64,000 bases of DNA from TPA_inf: Saccharomyces (taxonomy: Eukaryota): contig BK006946.2 of assembly GCA_000146045.2 (NCBI GenBank), positions 672,001 through 736,000 on the forward strand, given 5' to 3'. This document shows positions 59,301 through 64,000 of this stretch, in pieces. Under the pieces are notes generated by a model. The model ran no database searches. It worked only from the letters and a program-made list of their open reading frames with translations, and was not told the origin of the DNA. The position numbers were made by a program, and so were the translations under genes. Position 1 is the first letter of the stretch; the number at the start of each line of letters is the position of its first letter.

Positions 59301-60205
59301 CGGAATCAGAAACGACTTAGATCACTTTGCACGCGGGCATTGAATGACTGGCCAATGTAGTGACAATAAACTCTCTAATGGTGAAATATGTACCGCGGCA
59401 ACAAGTAAGTTTACGTCTACTAATAATTTGTTGAATAAAGTAAGCCCAGAAACAAGCATCCATCTGGCCAGAATAATGTTTTCCTATATGTACTTACCAA
59501 TTATGTAGTTGAAAAATCATACACAAATAATAGCACTATAAATAACGAGCAGGATATTTATAAAAGAGTTTAACAACAGAGTTCAGGATTGAATATTCTC
59601 AGTAACTGCGTAATACATATTGTTGGGATTTACGTTTTTTGCCTTAAACCCTGTTTAATATCTGTTTAGCAAAATGAAAAGCATATGGAAACCTCTTACG
59701 CACTGGAATTGATATGTTTTCTATTAATTAGGATAAACCGCTGAACAAGAACCTTTTTCATGGCATATCAAACTTTTTAACATTGGAAAATTAGAGAATA
59801 AGCTCAAGAGAGAGATGTACTGAAGTAGTTTTTTACCGCCGGATGAAGTGTTTCGCCTGCTGTTTGTTTCGACCCTGTGTATATGACCATTTAGGTAAAG
59901 CCACTTAATAGCCATCAAATATTGATCGAGTTCATATAAAGCTAAAGAGTAGGAAATATACCATCAATGGTGAGCACTTATTTTTTTTTGGATTTAGATG
60001 TGAGACATACTAAAAAAAAGTTGCTATCAAGCCTATAATTTGGCTACGTTGTCTTCCGGTGTTTTTCAATTGATTTAAGTTACAACACTCAAATCTGGGT
60101 AATTTGATCTTTTTTAATAATTATTTTAGTGACATATAGTTCTTAGAGTTCGCAGATTTATTTTGTCATTTTTTGGATCGGCGTCTTATAAAATCAAGAC
60201 ATAAT

Positions 60206-60234
60206 ACATCCGCACATCGCGCATGTGTGGGTGT
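60206..60234. promoter_or_regulatory. Inverted pair of Rap1-binding sites in the RPS10B promoter
   Basis: ACATCCGCACAT is on the plus strand at 60206-60217. ACACCCACACAT is on the minus strand (revcomp of atgtgtgggtgt at 60223-60234). Both fit the Rap1 consensus for ribosomal protein promoters. They are 180–210 bp upstream of the ATG and are followed by a T-rich region. Confidence 0.7.
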
Positions 60235-60413
60235 ATATGCCCTTTTCACGATTTTTAAGTTGCGTCTCAAAATAGTTTCCGAGTTGGAAGCCTGAGTTTT
60301 TCAAAACAATATAGGAATTAAAGGTATACGTCTTTGGATACATGTTATTTGAAATGGGGTAGAACTAGCACAACTGAAACCAAGAAAACACAGATCATAA
60401 CTAACCGTTCAAG

Positions 60414-61141
60414 ATGTTGATGCCAAAGCAAGAAAGAAACAAAATTCACCAATACTTGTTTCAAGGTATGTTTGCATTTTTTAGGTGAAATATGCAGTGA
60501 TATGCTCCGAAATGGATAGCAAAGATGATAAATGAAAATACAATTAAATTGAACTTGAATATCATTAAAAGTGGTAGAAAACCGATTGTTTCAAAAAGAT
60601 CTTTGTGGACAAGTACGGCAGTGCATGAATCCGAAAGAAAAGTGCAACCTAAGCAGAATTCCATTATTTCACGCGTCCATTTTTATAATGTTTGAACTTT
60701 TGAGTCCTTATAGAAATGCTAATATTATGATCAAAGCGATTATATCATTTACTTTACAGTTTCCGGAGTTTCCGTATTATTGCAAAAGGACCACAAACAA
60801 TTGAAATCATGATATCGTAAGAAATATTATTACTAACAAGGAAGATCATTGAATTACGATCGCATATCGAAATAGAAGGTGTTGTCGTCGCTAAGAAGGA
60901 TTTCAACCAAGCTAAGCACGAAGAAATTGATACCAAGAACTTGTATGTTATCAAGGCTTTGCAATCCTTGACTTCTAAGGGTTACGTTAAGACTCAATTC
61001 TCATGGCAATACTACTATTACACTTTGACTGAAGAAGGTGTTGAATACTTGAGAGAATACTTGAACTTGCCTGAACACATTGTCCCAGGTACCTACATTC
61101 AAGAAAGAAACCCATCCCAAAGACCTCAAAGAAGATACTAA
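60414..61141 (+). CDS. RPS10B: Ribosomal protein eS10. The spliced CDS is exon 1 at 60414..60465 and exon 2 at 60876..61141, giving 105 aa.
   Basis: Exon 1 encodes [17 protein letters not shown] and ends at GTATGT (60466). TACTAAC is at 60831-60837 and the 3' AG is at 60874-60875. Exon 2 continues [17 protein letters not shown]... to TAA at 61139-61141. The track shows only the exon 2 part as a TTG-started ORF. Confidence 0.95.
60466..60875 (+). other. RPS10B: Spliceosomal intron of RPS10B (410 nt)
   Basis: It has GTATGT at the 5' end, TACTAAC 38 nt before the 3' AG, and AATAG|AA at the acceptor. A large 5'-proximal intron is typical of yeast ribosomal protein genes. Confidence 0.93.
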
Positions 61142-61267
61142 GTGCGTTGTTACGTTTAAGTAAACTATTTTCTATTTAATATTAGACTATTCTTTATTTT
61201 GTTCTCTCTCGTAATATATGTGGTTTTATGCATCAAATAAGTTTTTATCACTTTATTTCCTTTTACA

Positions 61268-61456
61268 ATGTGTATTATTGTAAAATACTCACAATGTAAT
61301 CTATTTTTTCAGGATGTGTTACGATGCAGACATGTTTTGTGCATGCTCTTTAGCATTGTTGTGCATTTTAGATTGTCGTCGTTTGTTTCTGTATGTGGTG
61401 TACGGATTATGTGTAACTGTATTAATTGTTCAAGATTCATTCATAATATTAACTAA
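61268..61456 (+). CDS. YMR230W-A: Small Cys-rich ORF (62 aa) between RPS10B and PEP5. It is annotated in S288C as a putative protein but is doubtful as a real gene.
   Basis: 62-aa ORF starting at a true ATG. It lies wholly in the RPS10B 3' region / PEP5 upstream region. It is AT-rich, has 8 Cys, and no recognisable domain. Confidence 0.3.
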   Translation: MCIIVKYSQCNLFFQDVLRCRHVLCMLFSIVVHFRLSSFVSVCGVRIMCNCINCSRFIHNIN

Positions 61457-61544
61457 TGATCCCTTCAAGAACGCGCCATATATAAAATATTCAAAGTTAA
61501 ACCTTCCAAAAATCATAGCGTTTCATCTATAGGCACAGCAAATC

Positions 61545-64000
61545 ATGTCCCTGAGCTCCTGGAGGCAATTCCAGCTTTTCGAGAATATTCCCATAAGAGA
61601 TCCTAATTTTGGAGGAGATTCCCTATTGTACTCGGACCCAACACTTTGCGCAGCTACAATAGTAGATCCTCAAACTCTGATCATAGCTGTAAATTCAAAT
61701 ATTATAAAAGTTGTCAAATTAAATCAATCGCAAGTAATACATGAATTTCAATCTTTTCCTCATGATTTTCAAATCACTTTCCTGAAAGTCATCAACGGGG
61801 AATTTCTCGTAGCGTTAGCTGAATCCATTGGCAAACCTTCCCTAATAAGAGTATATAAACTAGAAAAACTGCCAAATAGAGAACAACTATACCATTCACA
61901 AGTCGAACTGAAAAACGGTAATAATACATACCCTATTTCAGTTGTCTCCATATCAAATGACCTTTCCTGTATTGTGGTTGGATTCATTAATGGGAAAATC
62001 ATCCTTATTAGAGGTGACATTTCAAGAGATAGAGGATCTCAACAAAGGATTATATATGAAGATCCAAGTAAAGAGCCAATAACAGCTTTATTCCTCAATA
62101 ACGACGCAACGGCTTGTTTTGCGGCTACAACTTCAAGAATCCTTTTATTTAATACGACTGGTAGAAATAGAGGGCGCCCAAGTTTGGTTTTAAATTCAAA
62201 AAATGGCCTGGATCTAAATTGTGGATCTTTTAATCCGGCAACAAACGAATTTATATGTTGCTTAAGCAACTTTATCGAATTTTTCAGCTCTAGTGGAAAA
62301 AAGCATCAATTCGCATTTGATCTATCGCTGAGAAAGAGGATATTTTGTGTAGATAAAGATCACATTTTGATTGTGACTGAGGAAACAGGTGTACCAACTA
62401 CATCCATAAGTGTTAATGAACTGTCGCCCACAATAATTAACCGAATATTCATCATTGATGCTAAAAATAAAATCATTTCTTTGAATTTTGTTGTTTCTAG
62501 TGCAATTATTGATATTTTTTCAACCTCTCAGAGCGGTAAAAACATCACTTATCTGCTAACTTCTGAAGGAGTAATGCATAGGATAACTCCAAAATCTTTA
62601 GAAAATCAAATTAACATCATCATCCAAAAGGAACTGTACCCTTTTGCTTTACAATTAGCGAAACAGCATTCATTATCACCGCTAGATGTTCAGGAAATTC
62701 ATAAAAAATATGGTGATTATCTCTTTAAAAAGGGACTCAGGAAGGAAGCAACAGACCAGTACATACAATGTCTGGACGTTGTGGAAACTAGTGAAATCAT
62801 TTCAAAATTTGGTGTCAAGGAGGTTCCTGACCCAGAGAGTATGAGGAACTTGGCTGACTATCTGTGGTCTTTGATCAAGAATTCTATTTCTCAACGCGAT
62901 CATGTTACCCTTTTGTTAATTGTTTTAATCAAATTGAAGGATGTTGAAGGAATTGATACTTTTATCCAGCATTTCGATAGAAAAGGCATTTGGAATGAAG
63001 GTGTTGTGATGGACGATATGGATGATGTGACGTTTTTTTATTCAGATAACGATTTTTTTGATTTAGATTTAATCTTAGAGCTTATGAAAGAGTCAGATTT
63101 TAAGCGTCTCTCATACAGACTTGCAAAGAAGTATTCAAAGGATTCATTAATTATTGTGGATATTTTATTGAATCTATTGCATAACCCTGTAAAAGCCATA
63201 AAATACATAAAAAGTTTACCAATTGATGAAACCCTAAGATGCCTTGTGACGTACTCGAAAAAATTACTGGAGGAGTCACCGAATGAAACTAATGCTTTAC
63301 TGATAGAAGTATTTACAGGGAAGTTCAAACCATCCACTTTTGAAGTGGATCTGGACCGGAGAGATACGACGGGCGATTTTTCTGAAAATATTAGAACAGT
63401 TTTTTACAGTTACAAAACATTCTTCAACTACATGAACTCAAATGGTACATCAGACGCAATGAGCGAGTCTTCAGAGGCATCCCACGAACATGAAGAGCCT
63501 ACTTATCATCCGCCGAAGCCATCCATTGTTTTCAGTTCATTCGTTACAAAACCTTTTGAATTTGTTGTTTTCTTAGAAGCCTGTTTGGCATGTTACCAGC
63601 AGTATGAGGGTTTTGACGAAGATAGGCAAGTAATTTTGACTACTTTATATGACTTATATTTGAATTTGGCGCAAAATGATGTACCCGAGCGTATAGACGA
63701 CTGGCGTTCAAGAGCAACTGGCGTATTGCGTGAGAGCAATAAATTGGTGTATTCTGCCGCAAGTAATAATACTAGCAAAAGGGTGGATAACTCAATAATG
63801 CTGTTAATTTCCCATATGGATCAAAGTAGTGCTTCAGCAAAAGATAAGACGAAAATTGACATAGCTTCATTTGCCAATGATAACCCCGAGATGGATTTGC
63901 TGAGTACATTTAGGGCTATGACGTTAAATGAAGAACCAAGTACTTGTCTCAAATTCCTAGAAAAATATGGCACAGAGGAACCCAAGCTCTTACAAGTAGC
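61545..64000 (+). CDS. PEP5: Pep5/Vps11 (HOPS/CORVET subunit). The N-terminal ~818 codons are present and the CDS continues beyond the window end.
   Basis: The frame is open from ATG at 61545 to the window end and starts [25 protein letters not shown]. It is absent from the ORF track only because no stop falls inside the window. Confidence 0.93.

Overview
This window reads as ordinary Saccharomyces cerevisiae nuclear DNA. I recognise the gene order as the right arm of chromosome XIII, YMR205C to YMR231W, roughly 672–736 kb in S288C. That placement is from memory and no search was run. The window is gene-dense (about 85% coding) with 27 protein-coding genes on both strands: PFK2 (3' end outside the window), YMR206W, HFA1, ERG12, YMR209C, YMR210W/MGL2, DML1, EFR3, CEF1, SCJ1, GAS3, SKY1, GUA1, TRS130, ESC1, ERG8, FMP42, FSH2, UBP8, MRE11, MRPL44, TMA29, TAF7, MTF1, RRP5, RPS10B, and PEP5 (3' end outside the window). 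There is also one small doubtful ORF, YMR230W-A. Two genes are spliced, MRPL44 and RPS10B; the ORF track only shows their second exons. The ORF track also accepts TTG as a start codon, so several tracked ORFs carry spurious N-terminal extensions (SCJ1, UBP8, TAF7, TMA29). I found no tRNA or rRNA gene, Ty element or LTR, CRISPR array, or prokaryote-style defence or accessory island. I see no evidence for a new biological system here, and the honest reading is a well-characterised housekeeping region. Points worth a second look: the HFA1 N-terminal extension that has no AUG, an inverted pair of Rap1 sites in the RPS10B promoter, a PAC-like motif plus tandem RRPE motifs upstream of RRP5, a sterol-response-element-like heptamer upstream of ERG8, the 58-nt first exon of MRPL44, a perfect ARS consensus match in the ERG8/FMP42 3' intergenic region, and several in-frame trinucleotide or 18-bp repeats inside coding sequences (SKY1, TAF7, GAS3).
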